Positions 1 to 13,482 of a DNA stretch of 64,000 bases are shown in pieces. Below the pieces are notes generated by a model. It saw only the letters and a program-made list of their open reading frames with translations, searched no databases and had not been told where the DNA came from. The position numbers and the translations under genes were made by a program. Numbering within the stretch: position 1 is the stretch's first letter; every line of letters begins with the position of its first letter. The stretch is from Anthoceros angustus (Eukaryota > Plantae > Anthocerotophyta): contig MU008177.1 in the NCBI GenBank assembly GCA_010909165.1, forward strand, positions 558,001 to 622,000. Reading direction: 5' to 3'.

Positions 1-3000
1 GCGAATCGCCTGTGGAGCCGACCAGCTTTTTTTTCCTTTCCCAACCCGCTGTCTAACCAGATTGTGTCTAATCCCAAGGAGGGGTCTGTGGCCCTGGAGG
101 GGTCTGTGTGGCCCGAGGAGGGGTCTGTGTGGCCCAAGGAGGGGTCTGTGTGGCCCAAGGGGGGGGGTCTCGGGAGGGTGTGTGGCCCAAGGAGGGGTCT
201 GTGTGGCCCAAGAGAGGTCTGTGGCCCAAGAGAGGAGGATCTGTGGGAACATCTTGTGCGCGGTGGTGGAGGTCTTAGAAGAAAGGGGTGAGTGAGTCGC
301 CAGTGAAGAGGAGTCTAGGAAGTGGTGAGCGAGAGTCCGGAAACGCGAACGCCGAGGAAGGTTGGGAATAAATTGTGGGGTCGAGGAAATCGCGACGAGT
401 GAGGTGCCGCGCGCATGCGTGGTGTGCATCCACCGGTGAGCTCGGGTGTGAATCCACATGAGTGTGACTTGGTGTACATGTGAACCGCGGTGCATAGGAC
501 CATAGCCCTTAACGAGCGTGAAAGGGGAACCGCCAAATAGTCGATCGCGACGCGCAAGCGCCGGGCGTGGGTGGGTTCCACCACGGTGGTCGAACTTACC
601 ACGGTGGTGGAATCCACCACCGGTGAGCTCGGGTGTGAATCTACATGAGTGTGACTTGGTGTACATGTGAATCGGTGCATAGGACCATAGCCCTTAGAGG
701 CGTAGCGGGGCAGGCGCCAAATAGTCGATCGCGGCAGCGGCGTCGGTCGGGTGGGTCCACCACGGGGTTGGATCACCGCGGTGGCGAACCCACCACGGTG
801 GTGGAATCCACCACGGTGGTCGAACCTACACGGTAGTTGATTATGGCCGGGTAGGAACCGATTGTAGGAGGACTAGAATCCATAGTTTTAGAACATCTTG
901 ACACAAAACCATTCCTTGGGATCGAATCCTAGGACCATAACGACATAGAGGGTAAATGTGGCCTCTTTGCGCCTTGGATGCAAAAACCCATTCCATGCCA
1001 GCCCCTAGGGGAGGCAGCCTACCCTAGTGGGTAGGCACTACCGCAGGCGCTTAGCCTACCACGGTAGGTAGGCAGACTACCGCTGGGGATCACCACCGCT
1101 GAAGGGGCTAGGGAACTAGTAGCCTCCTTGTGGGCATGTCGAGGAAGTCAAGGCCTAAGAGAGGAAGGGAAGGAGAAGCAGCGCGAGGCGCCGCGGGCGG
1201 CGCCCAGGCCGCCATCACCCGCGCTGGGTGGGAGAGCGGATGGGGCGACGGTGAGAGGACCCACGCCGTCGCGCGATGGTCCGAGGAGCGAGGGAGCTGG
1301 AAATTTCCAGCAAGAGGCCAGCGGGGGCGGAATTCGGGCCCCTAGGAGATTTGCTGAGTGCTTGTGAAGCACTCAGCCGCGTGGACTTGAAGGGGGCTAG
1401 GGAACTAGTAGCCTCCTTGTGGGCATGTCAGGAGGAAGTCAAGGCCTAAGAGATGACCGAGAGAAGAGCAGGGACCAAATGGCAATTGGAGGCCATGGAG
1501 TCCGATGAGAAGGCAGCCAAGTTGGAGAAGGCTGTAGAGAAACTCCAGCGCGATCTTGTGGATCAGCGACGCGCGGAGAAGATCCTGGAGGGGAAGTTGT
1601 CCCAAACGGAGGAAAGAGCAGTCCGGGCAACCACCCAAAGGGATTCATGGAGGCAAAAGGCGGAAGAGCACTTTGCCCACCTAGAGCAGGAGAGGAAGAG
1701 CAAGGCCGAGGCTCTAGGGAGAGAAAAGCGGTCCAGCAAGTGGATGCGCAGGAGCAGGTGATGGCTACCAAGCCATCAAAATCCGGGACATGGAGGAAGA
1801 GTTGAGATTTTGGACCCGGTACAATTTGGAGGAGAAACGCGCGGAGTTGAGACACAAGACCAGCAATTGCAGGAGCTGGAGCGCGAGAGGAGTGCTTGGC
1901 AAGTGGAGAGGGAAGGGCTTGCCCAGCAATTAAGGGACTTGGAAGGGAAGAGGTCCCATGATGAGGAATACCACAAGAAGGTGGTACACCGGATGCTGGT
2001 GGTGAGGAAGAGAAGGTTTTGGGCCGATTATGCCCTTCAGGCAAAGATGGCCAACCAGCTACGGGAAGTGAGGGAGGAGAATGTAACCCTCCATGTGAAG
2101 GTGGGAGAATTAACCACCGCGAGAGACGCCTACAAGAGTAGGTGTGAGGATGGAGGGTGGCCCACGGAGATTGATGATCCTCCAAATGCAGTATCATAGC
2201 TTGGGGGCCCATCTCCACAACAGGATTTTGAAGGCCAATAACGAGGTATTGCGCTTGGCCAAGAGGAGGACAATAGGTCCTCATGATGATGACCGGAAAG
2301 AGCAACCCACCGAGGAGAGCAAGGCCGAGGCTCTAGGGAGAGAAGGTTTTGATGAGGCCACAAGTGACATGGACTCCGAAGAGTCTAGGGAGTCGGAGGA
2401 TGGAGGAGAGACAACTGCGCCAAAGGGAGAAGATGGCGCGGAGAGCAAGGAGGGGGGACCGCCCGCCCTCACAGGGGGTCGCCCTACCACGGTAGGTGAC
2501 CACCCTACCACGGTAGTCTGCCAAACTACTATGGTAGGTGGCCACCCTATACCGGTAGTTTGCCAGACTACCGCGGTAGGGTAGGTACCTACGGGTGTAG
2601 GGCCTGAGGGGGAACCAGGTCTTGGAGGCCTGGTTGAGGACGAAAGGGCCGGGGGGTCCGGCAACACACCCCCTGAAGAAGGAGACCGAGCGGTGGAGGG
2701 AGCAGCTCCACCGGAGGAGAGCAAGGACGGGTTCAACCTGAGGAGGAGGGGTGAGAAATTCTCACCCCTGAAGGGAGGAACCGGGACCTGGGGAGGAGTC
2801 CAGCACGAAAAAGGCCCGGAGGAATTAGTAAGGAGACCAGCATGGTTCGGCAAATGGGGAAGAAGACTCTTTGAAGATGCTCTATGGTAGGTATGGACAA
2901 ATCAAACAGAAGGCAAAGAGCAATGGAGATCTTGACCCAAAAAGCCCTCACCGATGCGAAGAAGGAAGGCAGGAAGGGAGAAAAGGACCAACCTACCAGG

Positions 3001-3182
3001 GTAGGTAGTCAGCCTACCCCGGTAGTCTGCCAGACTACCGCGGTAGGGTGCTGATGGGCAGAGCGCGACTAGGCGGCGGAGGCTGAAGGAAAGGGCGCCT
3101 GAGTGCGCGGAGGGGGGCGCGATTGCTAGAGGACAAGGGGAATCAAGGCGCCACCCCGCGGAGTTGAAGGAGGGGGCAAAAT
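1..3182 (+). mobile_element. 3' internal region of an LTR retrotransposon (probably Ty3/gypsy, Tat/Ogre-like) with repeat arrays and a disrupted coiled-coil accessory ORF
   Basis: GC-rich. Internal duplications at about 430-550/620-730, 1101-1162/1389-1452 and 1698-1725/2317-2345. Charged coiled-coil ORF pieces at 1453-2199. Ends in the polypurine tract gaaggagggggcaaaa (3166-3181) just before TGTA. No RT or integrase is inside the window, so the lineage is inferred. Confidence 0.55.
73..240 (+). repeat. Minisatellite, about 21-bp unit (ccaaggaggggtctgtgtggc), about 8 degenerate copies
   Basis: Direct repetition is visible, and translates as repeated RRGLCGP/EGSVWP in the ORF track. Confidence 0.9.
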
Positions 3183-3761
3183 TGTACTTGCCCCACACAT
3201 TAGGAAGACGACAGGAACTGGGAAGAGGCGAGAGCAAAAGGAGGGCGAGGGAGCCAATGCACCAAGGACGCGTCACTATCCCAGCAGGATGAGGACTAGG
3301 TATGGTCAAAGACCATAAATGATAAGAGGAAGAATAGAAAGGATAGGTGATGTAGACTGACATTCTTTAAGGATGATCTTAGGTGAAGTTGCTAGAATAG
3401 AATTTACCTAGAATCAGACAGTAGACTTAGATGCCAGGTCTTAAATGCTGGCGGTAGGAAATAATAGAATATTGGAAAAGGTGACCTGCAGTAGGGTCAC
3501 CCAAGGGAGGTTGTATGTGGAAGGCCTCCTATAAGAGGAGGAGGATTTCACAAAGTAAAGTATCATGTCTTGCGCCCATACTCGTGAAGCCTTTGCTCTT
3601 GTAAAGGAACTCCGTGTCACTGTGAGCCAACGCAAAGATCCGTAGAGAGGAAGTCGTGTGGTCGGAGTGCTTGGTGGAGGACTTGCTCCCTGCAAGTGCC
3701 TAAACGAGTTGCTCCCCTTGTGAATGGTTGCTGTGAAGTTGCTTTGCTTTGGGTGTTTATA
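3183..3761 (+). mobile_element. Putative 3' LTR
   Basis: Starts TGTA right after the PPT, has an internal tataag at about 3530, and ends gggtgtttata (TACA-like, degenerate) where the protease repeat sequence abruptly begins. Confidence 0.55.
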
Positions 3762-3849
3762 TATGTGACTAGGCACATTAGAGTTTTTCATTGTCATTGC
3801 TCTCAGACTAATATTATTGTTAGTATCTTGAAAAAACTATTAGACATTT

Positions 3850-4874
3850 ATGATGGCAGGAAATGTGTTTTTCCTACTCATGTTGCTTTTACGGTCATAG
3901 CTAGTGCAACATGCGTAATGTCTAGAGAGTTGGTCACACAAGATGTCCCTCTTGGAAGTGCTTTCATAAATTTGTCTTCTCAAGTTGCGATTTGACTAGC
4001 GATTCGAGGATTGGATACTAGAACATGGACGAAGTTTATGAAGGACTTGAAGAGAAGTTGCTTCGCTTTGAAATCTTCAAGGAAACATACGAGTATATTG
4101 AGAAGCGCAATAAGGAGGTTACGCTTACGCTGGGTTTGAACCAATTTTGGATTTGATGATGAAGAATTCAAGACCAACTTTTTACAAGTTCCAAGTTTCA
4201 ATAGGAGCACAATTGCCTAGTTCTTCTAGGATTAGTGCTAAAATTGAAGATCCGCCCGTTCCTTTGATTGGAGAGCCCAAATATAATTGGAGTGAAGAAT
4301 CAAGGTACATGCGGTTGTTGTTGGGCTTTTGTTGCAACAGACTTGCGTAAACTCAACATGCAATAGACGTAAAAGTGGATGGTCTCCCTATCGAGCAAGA
4401 GCTTTTGGAGTGCAATACCTTTGGAGCAGACAGCGGTGTACATAGAAGAAGTCATTGGCTACATGGTTGGTTACTGATAACGTTTTGAAACAGATTATCC
4501 ATATACAGGCGAAGGAATATGTCAAAATAATAAGGTTGGTCTCGAACCTATTGTACCGATTCGCAACTATACGGCTTTGCTCGCATTTGATGCATGCATT
4601 AGCTCAAGAAGTATCCGCCCATCCGCTTGGGGTTGCAATAGCGTGTAGTGGTTCGGATTTTAAGAGTTATAAAAGTGGGGTCTTCTTTGGTGGAAATTGT
4701 GGTCCAAAGTGTTAGATCATCGTAGTAGTTATTGGATGGGGTCTCAAAGTAACATTGACTCGGATATTGCGCAACCAATGGGGTACAAGTTGGGGTGAAG
4801 CTTACATGCATATGCAGTAGCAAAAGTGAGGGTGTATGGTATGTACGGATATGGGATATCTGTATACCATATAG
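3850..4874 (+). pseudogene. Papain-like (C1A) cysteine protease, copy 1, intronless, frameshifted as assembled
   Basis: Across frames and copies: hydrophobic N-terminus, ERFNIN-like EKLLRFEIFKETYEYIEKRN, GLNQF prodomain motif, NQGTCGCCWAF (catalytic Cys), LDH(A)VVVIGWG (His), WILRNQWGTSWGE (Asn). Confidence 0.9.
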
Positions 4875-6337
4875 AACACTAGAATTTTAAGTTGTCATAG
4901 TTTGTAATACTCATTTGGGTAATTTATTAATGTGAGAATTTGATTTCACAACTAAGTTATAATTTGTAATGCTCATTTGAGTATATTCTATCAACGTGAA
5001 CGTTGTATTTCACAATGAAACGAGATGATATATAAATCTCTCCACGCATAGTTAGTTGACCAAATCTTAACTCTCGACTCCTTTGTATTAATCTTCTCGA
5101 CTCCTTTGTATTAATCTTATCGCATCGTATGGATGCATGGTATTTCAGTTCCATGATGATCATCCTCGCAAATGGACTTTGGAAAAACTTTTCTATCTTA
5201 TTTATATAAGCTCCTTCTATTTTCATCTTCCTTGGTCCCTAGTAAAACTTTTCTATCTTATGTATAAGCTCCTTCTATTTTCATCTTCCTTTGTCGCTAA
5301 GTTCTATATCTCTTTTTCTAAATATTCTATATCTTATGCACTTAGAAAGTGAGGATTTAATAAAATTCTTCTTCTTCTATTTGCAAGCTCCTTTGTTGTT
5401 GTTGCGTATCTCTCTCTCTCTCTCTCTCTATTTTATCTTGTATATATATACATGGACAAGGTAATTCGAATATCCTTTCCAACCATCCTGCAGTGCACTT
5501 GCAAACCCTAGAGCTATTAGACTTAGGTGTAAACCCTAATAAACGAAGCAAAATCGAAGATTCCGCTTACTTAAGAGTACACAAATCCCAACGATGGTAA
5601 CCTTCCTGCAGTCATAAAGGAACCTTCTAGCACCACATCTCCAACATTTTGTCTCGCCACGCTCGGAGGACGATGATAGCGGTGGTCCGCCTGAACATAC
5701 ATCTGAGCCTTTGCGGGTAGTGGGTTACTACCGTGCCATGGTCCAAGATCTAGACTAATATGTTGTGCGTGATATCGGCTATCCGCAAGTCCTCACATTT
5801 CGTGCAAGCTGGTGGAGTCCTTTGGCAAGTGATAACAAGAAAGAGTCCGTACATCCGGTATTGTGTGTGTGAGAGTGCATGCTACGCCTCATGCCTCAAC
5901 TGTATGTCTCACATGTGCGTAGGAATATTTAATGTGCCATCGCCAACTAAAAGAGCCAATATCATAGCTCATCGTTACCAACCTTTGAATAGACACATCA
6001 TGCTAGGGGTCTACTACGGACCATCTATCTAGAGCGGTTAGCGGCGCGAGGCGGCTAGAGTAAATGTAAATACCCATTCCAAAACGCCCATTAATCCATG
6101 TCCCACGACTCAATCAAAGCTAAATTCGAATGGAGTGCAAATCAAATGGACGAAGCTACAAAAGTTGAAATGGAGCAGTTGTAAATCAAATTAACGAGAT
6201 CGAAACTATTGGATAGAGCAATGAGATTTCTTGAAAGCCAAGTCTATATATGTGACTAGGCACATTAGAGTTTTTCATTGTCATTGCTCTCTCGGACTAA
6301 TATTATTGTTAGTATCTTGAAAAACTATTAGACATTT

Positions 6338-7362
6338 ATGATGGCGAAATGTGTTTTTCCTACTCATGTTGCTTTTACGGTCATAGCTAGTGCAACATGC
6401 GTAATGTCTAGAGAGTTGGTCACACAAGATGTCCCTCTTGGAAGTGCTTTAAATTTGTCTTCTCAAGTTGCATTTGACTAGCGATTCGAGGATTGGATAC
6501 TAGAACATGGACGAGTTTATGAAGGACTTGAAGAGAAGTTGCTTCGCTTTGAAATCTTCAAGGAAACATACGAGTATATTGAGAAGCGCAATAAGGAGGT
6601 TACGCTTACGTTGGGTTTGAACCAATTTGATTTGATGATGAAGAATTCAAGACCAACTTTTCGCGAAAGTTCCAAGTTTCAATAGGAGCACAATTGCGCC
6701 TAGTTCTTCTAGGATTAGTGCTAACAACTTGAAGATCCGCCGTTTCCTTTGATTGATTGGAGAGCCCACCAATATAATTGGAGCGTGAAGAATCAAGGTA
6801 CATGCGGTTGTTGTTGGGCTTTTGTTGCAACAGACTTGCGTAAACTCAACATGCAATAGACGGTGGTCTCCCTATCGAGCAAGAGCTTTTGGAGTGCAAT
6901 ACCTTTGGAGCGATTGTCGGTGCACTTGTAGAAGAAGTTGGCTACATGGTTGGTTACGGTAACGTTCTTGAAACAGTTATCCATATCTGAGCGAAAGGAA
7001 TATGTCAAAATAATAAGGTTGGTCTCGAACCTATTGTACCGATTCGCAACTATACGGCTTTGCTCGCATTTGATGCGTATGCATTAGCTCAAGAAGTATC
7101 CGTCCATCCAGCTTAGGTTGCAATAGCGGTAGTGGTTCGGATTTTAAGAGTTATAAAAGTGGGGTCTTCTTTGGTGGAAATTGTGGTCCAGTGTTAGATC
7201 ATCTTGTGGTAGTTATTGGATGGGGTCAGTAACATTGACTATCGGATATTGCGCAACCAATGGGGTACAAGTTGGGGTGAAGCTTGCCGCCGCACGAGTA
7301 GCAAGTATACAGGAGGGTGTATGTGGTATGTACAGATATGGGATATCTCAGATACCATATAG
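6338..7362 (+). pseudogene. Papain-like cysteine protease, copy 2, frameshifted as assembled
   Basis: Same motifs as copy 1, with indels at different positions. Confidence 0.9.
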
Positions 7363-7416
7363 AACACTAGAATTTTAAGTTGTCATAGTTTGTAATACTC
7401 ATTTGGGTAATTTATT

Positions 7417-8941
7417 TTGATTGAGATGAAGAATTCAAGACCAACTTTTCGCGAAAGTTCCAAGTTTCAATAGGAGCACAATTGCCTAGTTCTTCTAGGA
7501 TTAGTGCTAACAACTTGAAGATCCGCCTGCTTCCTTTGATTGGAGAGCCCACCGAATATAATTGGAGCAGTTGAAGAATCAAGGTACATGCGGTTGTTGT
7601 TGGGCTTTTGTTGCAACAGGACTTGCGTAAACTCAACATGCAATAGACGGCAGTGGACCGGGTCTCCCTATCGAGCAAGAGCTTTTGGAGTGCAATACCT
7701 TTGGAGCGATTGCGACCGGTGCACTTGTAGAAGAAGTCATACATGGTTGGTTACGGTAACGTTCTTGAAACAGATTATCCATATTAAGGAATATGTCAAA
7801 ATAATAAGGTTGGTCTCGAACCTATTGTACCGATTCGCAACTATACGGCTTTGCTCGCATTTGATGCGTATGCATTAGCTCAAGAAGTATCCGTCCATCC
7901 AGCTTAGGTTGCAATAGCGTAGTGGTTCGGATTTTAAGAGTTATAAAAGTGGGGTCTTCTTTGGTGGAAATTGTGGTCCAGTGTTAGATCATCTTGTGGT
8001 AGTTATTGGATGGGGTCTCAGCAACATTGACTAATCGGATATTGCGCAACCAATGGGGTACAAGTTGGGGTGAAGCTTGCCGCCGCACGAGTAGCAAGTA
8101 TACAGGAGGGTGTATGTGGTATGTACAGATATGGGATATCTGTATACCATATAGAACACTAGAATTTTAAGTTGTCATAGTTTGTAATACTCATTTGGGT
8201 AATTTATTTTGATTTGATGGATGAAGAATTCAAGACCAACTTTTCGCGAAAGTTCCAAGTTTCAATAGGAGCACAATTGCCTAGTTCTTCTAGGATTAGT
8301 GCTAAACAATTTTGAAGATCCGCCGTTTCCTTTGATTGAGAGCCCACCGAATATAATTGGAGCGTGAAGAATCAAGGTACATGCGGTTGTTGTTGGGCTT
8401 TTGTTGCAACAGGACTTGCGTAAACTCAACATGCAATAGACGTGGAGGGTCTCCTATCGAGCAAGAGCTTTTGAGTGCAATACCTTTGGAGGCATTGATC
8501 GGTGCACTTGTAGAAGAAGTCGCTATACATGGTTGGTTACTAACGTTCTTGAAACAGATTATCCATATCTGAGCGAAAGGAATATGTCAAAATAATAAGG
8601 TTGGTCTCGAACCTATTGTACCGATTCGCAACTATACGGCTTTGCTCGCATTTGATGCGTATGCATTAGCTCAAGAAGTATCCGTCCATCCAAATTGGGG
8701 TTGCAATAGCGTAGTGGTTCGGATTTTAAGAGTTATAAAAGTGGGGTCTTTGGTGGAAATTGTGGTCCAGTGTTAGATCATGCCGTGGTAGTTATTGGAT
8801 GGGGTCTCAAAGTAACATTGACTAATCGGATATTGCAACCAATGGGGTACAAGTTGGGGTGAAGCTTATACATGCGCATACAGTAGCAAGTATACAGGAG
8901 GGTGTATGTGGTATGTATATGGGATATCAGATACCATATAG
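7417..8941 (+). pseudogene. Two additional 5'-truncated protease copies (about 790-bp internal tandem triplication: about 6627-7416, 7417-8208, 8209-8996)
   Basis: The junction gggtaatttatt|ttgatt...gatgaagaattcaagacc occurs at about 7416 and 8208. Each piece holds the mature-domain coding region but no promoter, signal peptide or ERFNIN motif. Confidence 0.9.
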
Positions 8942-9470
8942 AACACTAGAATTTTAAGTTGTCATAGTTTGTAATACTCATTTGGGTAATTTATTAATGT
9001 GAGAATTTGATTTCACAACTAAGTTATAATTTATAATGCTCATTTGAGTATATTTCTATCAACGTGAACGTTGTATTTCACAATGAAACAGATGATATAT
9101 AAATCTCTCCCGCATATAGTTGACCAAATCTTAACTCTCGACTCTTTGTATTAATCTTCTCGACTCCTTTGTATTAATCTTATCGCATCGTATGGATGCA
9201 TGGTATTTCGCCCATGATGATCATCCTCGCAAATGGACTTTGGAAAAACTTTTCTATCTTATTTATATAAGCTCCTTCTATTTTCATCTTCCTTGGTCCC
9301 TAGTAAAACTTTTCTATCTTATGTATAAGCTCCTTCTATTTTCATCTTCCTTTGTCGCTAAGTTCTATATCTCTTTTTCTAAATATTCTATATCTTGTAC
9401 GCACTTAGAAAGTGAGGATTTAATAAAATTCTTCTTCTTCTATTTGCAAGCTCCTTTGTTGTTAAGTTGC

Positions 9471-9507
<37 letters not shown>

Positions 9508-10410
9508 TTTATCTTGTATATATATACATGGACAAGGTAATTGAATATCCTTTCCAACCATCCCGCAGTGCACTTGCAAACCCTAGAGCTATTAGACTTC
9601 CGTAAACCCTAATAAGCGAAGCAAAATCGAAAGATTCCCGCTTACTTAAGAGTACAGAAATCCCAACGATGGTAACCCTTGCGTCCGCCAAAGGAACCTT
9701 CTAGCGCCCACATCTCCGCAACATTTTGTCTCGCCACGCTGGAGGACGATGATAGCGGTGGTCCGCACGAGCATACATACAGCCTTTGCGGGTAGTGGGT
9801 TACTACGTGCCATGGTCCAAGATCTAGACTAATATGTTGTGCGTGATATCGGCTATCCGCAAGTCCTCACATTTCAAGTCCGGGTGGAGTCCTTTGGCAA
9901 GTGATAACAAGAAAGAGTCCGACATCCGGTGATCGTGTGTGAGAGTGCATGCTCAGCCTCATGCCTCAACTCGTATGTCTCACATGTGCGTAGGAATATT
10001 TAATAAAGCCATCGCCAACTAAAAAGAGCCAATATCATAGCTCATCGTTACCAACCTTTGAATAGACACATCATGCTAGGGGTCTACCATGCACCATCTA
10101 TCTAGAGCGGTTAGCACCGAGAGCGGCTAGAGTAAATGTGTAAATACCCATTCCAAAACGCCCATTAATCCATGTCCCACGACTCAATCAAAGCTAAATT
10201 GAATGGAGTGCAAATCAAATGGACGAAGCTACAAAAGTTGAAATGGAGCAGTTGTAAATCAAATTAACCGAGATCGAAACTATTGGATAGAACAAATGAG
10301 ATTTCTTGAAAGCCAAGTCTATATATGTGACTAGGCACATTAGAGTTTTTCATTGTCATTGCTTCCTGACTAATATTATTGTTAGTATCTTGAAAAACTA
10401 TTAGACATTT

Positions 10411-11450
10411 ATGATGGCAGGAAATGTGTTTTTCCCGCTCATGTTGCTTTTACTCATAGCTAGTGCAACATGCGTAATGTCTAGAGAGTTGGTCACACAA
10501 GATGTCCCTCTTGGAAGTGCTTTCATAAATTTGTCTTCTCAAGTTGCGATTTGACTAGCGATTCGAGGATTGGATACTAGAACATGGACGAGTTTATGAA
10601 GGACTTGAAGAGAAGTTGCTTCGCTTTGAAATCTTCAAGGAAACATACGAGTATATTGAGAAGCGCAATAAGGAGGTTACGCTTACGTTGGGTTTGAACC
10701 AATTTTGGATTTGATGATGAAGAATTCAAGACCAACTTTTCGCGAAAGTTCCAAGTTTCAATAGGAGCACAATTGCGCCTAGTTCTTCTAGGATTAGTGC
10801 TAAATGACTTGAAGATCCGCCTGCTTCCTTTGATTGGAGAGCCCAAAGAATATAATTGGAGCAGGAAGAATCAAGGTACATGCGGTTGTTGTTGGGCTTT
10901 TGTTGCAACAGGACTTGCGTAAACTCAACATGCACAGATGCGTGGACTGGTCTCCTATCGAGCAAGAGCTTTTGAGTGCAATACCTTTGGAGCGCAGTAT
11001 GCACTTGTAGAAGGTGGCTACATGGTTGGTTACGTAACGTTCTTGAAATGATTATCCATATACATGGAAAGGAATATGTCAAAATAATAAGGTTGGTCTC
11101 GAACCTATTGTACCGATTCGCAACTATACGGCTTTTGCTCGCATTTGATGCGATGCATTAGCTCAAGAAGTATCCGCCCATCCAGCTTGGGGTTGCAATA
11201 GCGTAGTGGTTCGGATTTTAAGAGTTATAAAAGTGGGGTCTTCTTTGGTGGAAATTGTGGTCCAGTGTTAGATCATGCTGTGGTAGTTATTGGATGGGGG
11301 TCTGAAAGTAACATTGACTACTGGATATTGCGCAACCAATGAGGTACAAGTTGGGGTGAAGCCGGTTACATGCGCATAGCACGAGTAGCAAGTATACAGG
11401 AGGGTGTATGTGGTATGTACACAGATATGGGATATCTGTATACCATATAG
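10411..11450 (+). pseudogene. Papain-like cysteine protease, copy 3, frameshifted as assembled
   Basis: Same motifs. gatcatgctgtggtagttattggatgg reads DHAVVVIGW and tactggatattgcgcaaccaa reads YWILRNQ. Confidence 0.9.
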
Positions 11451-12904
11451 AACACTAGAATTTTAAGTTGTCATAGTTTGTAATACTCATTTGGGTAATT
11501 TATTAATGTGAGAATTTGATTTCACAACTAAGTTATAATTTGTAATGCTCATTTGAGTATATTTCTATCAACGTGAACGTTGTATTTCACAATGAAATGA
11601 TGATATATAAATCTCTCCGCACATAGTTGACCAAATCTTAACTCTCGACCTTTGTATTAATCTTCTCGACTTTGTATTAATCTTATCGCATCGTATGGAT
11701 GCATGGTATTTCAGCCCATGATGATCATCCTCGCAAATGGACTTTGGAAAAACTTTTCTATCTTATTTGTATAAGCTCCTTCTATTTTCATCTTCCTTGG
11801 TCCCTAGTAAAACTTTTCTATCTTATGTATAAGCTCCTTCTATTTTCATCTTCCTTTGTCGCTAGGTTCTATATCTCTTTTTCTAAATATTCTATATCTT
11901 GTACGCACTTAGAAAGTCGATTTAATAAAATTCTTCTTCTTCTATTTGCAAGCTCCTTTGTCGTTAAGTTGCGATCTCTCTCTCTCTCTCTATTTTATCT
12001 TGTATATATATACATGGACAAGGTAATTCAATATCCTTTCCACCCATCCTGCAGTGCACTTGCAAACCCTAGAGCTATTAGACTTCCTGTAAACCCTAAT
12101 AAACGGCAAAATCGAAAGATTCCCGCTTACTTAAGAGTACACAGAAATCCCAACGATGGTAACCTTCCTGCAGCGTCCCGCCAAAGGAACCTTCTAGCAG
12201 CCACATCTCCGCAACATTTTGTCTCGCTATGCTCGAAGCTGGAGGACGATGATAGCGGTGGTCTGCACGGAGCATACATACAGGCCTTTGCGGGTAGTGG
12301 GTTACTACCAGGCCATGGTCCAAGATCTAGACTAATATGTTGTGCAGGATATCGGCTATCTGCAAGTCCTCACATTTCGTGCAAGCTGGTGGAGTCCTTT
12401 GGCAAGTGATAACAAGAAAGAGTCCGTACATCCGGTGATCGTGTGTGAGAGTGCATGCTGCCTCATGCCTCAACTCGTATGTCTCACATGTGCGTAGGAA
12501 TATTTAATGTGCCATCGCCAACTAAAAGAGCCAATATCATAGCTCATCGTTACCAACCTTTGAATAGACACATCATGCTAGGGGTCTACTATGCACCATC
12601 TATCTAGAGCGTTAGCGCTACCGAGAGCGGCTAGAGTAAATGTAAATACCCATTCCAAAACGCCCATTAATCCATGTCCCACGACTCAATCAAAGCTAAA
12701 TTGAATGGAGTGCAAATCAAATGGACGAAGCTACAAAAGTTGAAATGGAGCAGTTGTAAATCAAATTAACCGAGATCGAAACTATTGGATAGAATAGGAT
12801 TTCTTGAAAGCCAAGTCTATATATGTGACTAGGCACATTAGAGTTTTTCATTGTCATTGCTCGACTAATATTATTGTTAGTATCTTGAAAACTATTAGAC
12901 ATTT

Positions 12905-13343
12905 ATGATGGCAGAAATGTGTTTTCCTACTCATGTTGCTTTTACGGTCATAGCTAGTGCAACATGCGTAATGTCTAGAGAGTTGGTCACACAAGATGTC
13001 CCTCTTGGAAGTGCTTTCATAAATTTGTCTTCTCAAGTTGCGATTTGACTAGCACATTCGAGGATTGGATACTAGAACATGGACGAGTTTATGAAGGACT
13101 TGAAGAGAAGTTGCTTCGCTTTGAAATCTTCAAGGAAACATACGAGTATATTGAGAAGCGCAATAAGGAGGTTACGCTTACGCTTGGGTTTGAACCAATT
13201 TTCGATTTGATGATGAAGAATTCAAGACCAACTTTTCATGAAAGTTCCAAGTTTCAATAGGAGCACAATTGCGCCTAGTTCTTCTAGGATTAGTGCTAAA
13301 CAAATTGAAGATCCGCCTGCTTCCTTTGATTGAGAGCCCAAAT
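12905..13343 (+). pseudogene. 3'-truncated protease copy 4 (signal peptide and prodomain only)
   Basis: ORF 13045-13260 encodes the I29 inhibitor prodomain. At gagagcccaaatt|aatcgagatcg the sequence jumps back to the promoter. Confidence 0.9.
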
Positions 13344-13482
13344 TAATCGAGATCGAAACTATTGGATAGAATAGATTTCTTGAAAGCTAAGTCTATATAT
13401 GTGACTAGGCACATTAGAGTTTTTCATTGTCATTGCTCTTTACTAATATTATTGTTAGTATCTTGAAAACTATTAGACATTT

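Noticed and set aside
73-240. CRISPR-like array
   Set aside because: Contiguous repeats with no unique spacers, no cas genes, and a eukaryotic context. This is a minisatellite.
11699-12409. 236-aa ORF in the protease repeat spacer as a second gene
   Set aside because: Runs through a (ct)n microsatellite and low-complexity F/Y/L sequence, is broken in the other copies, and has no recognisable motif.
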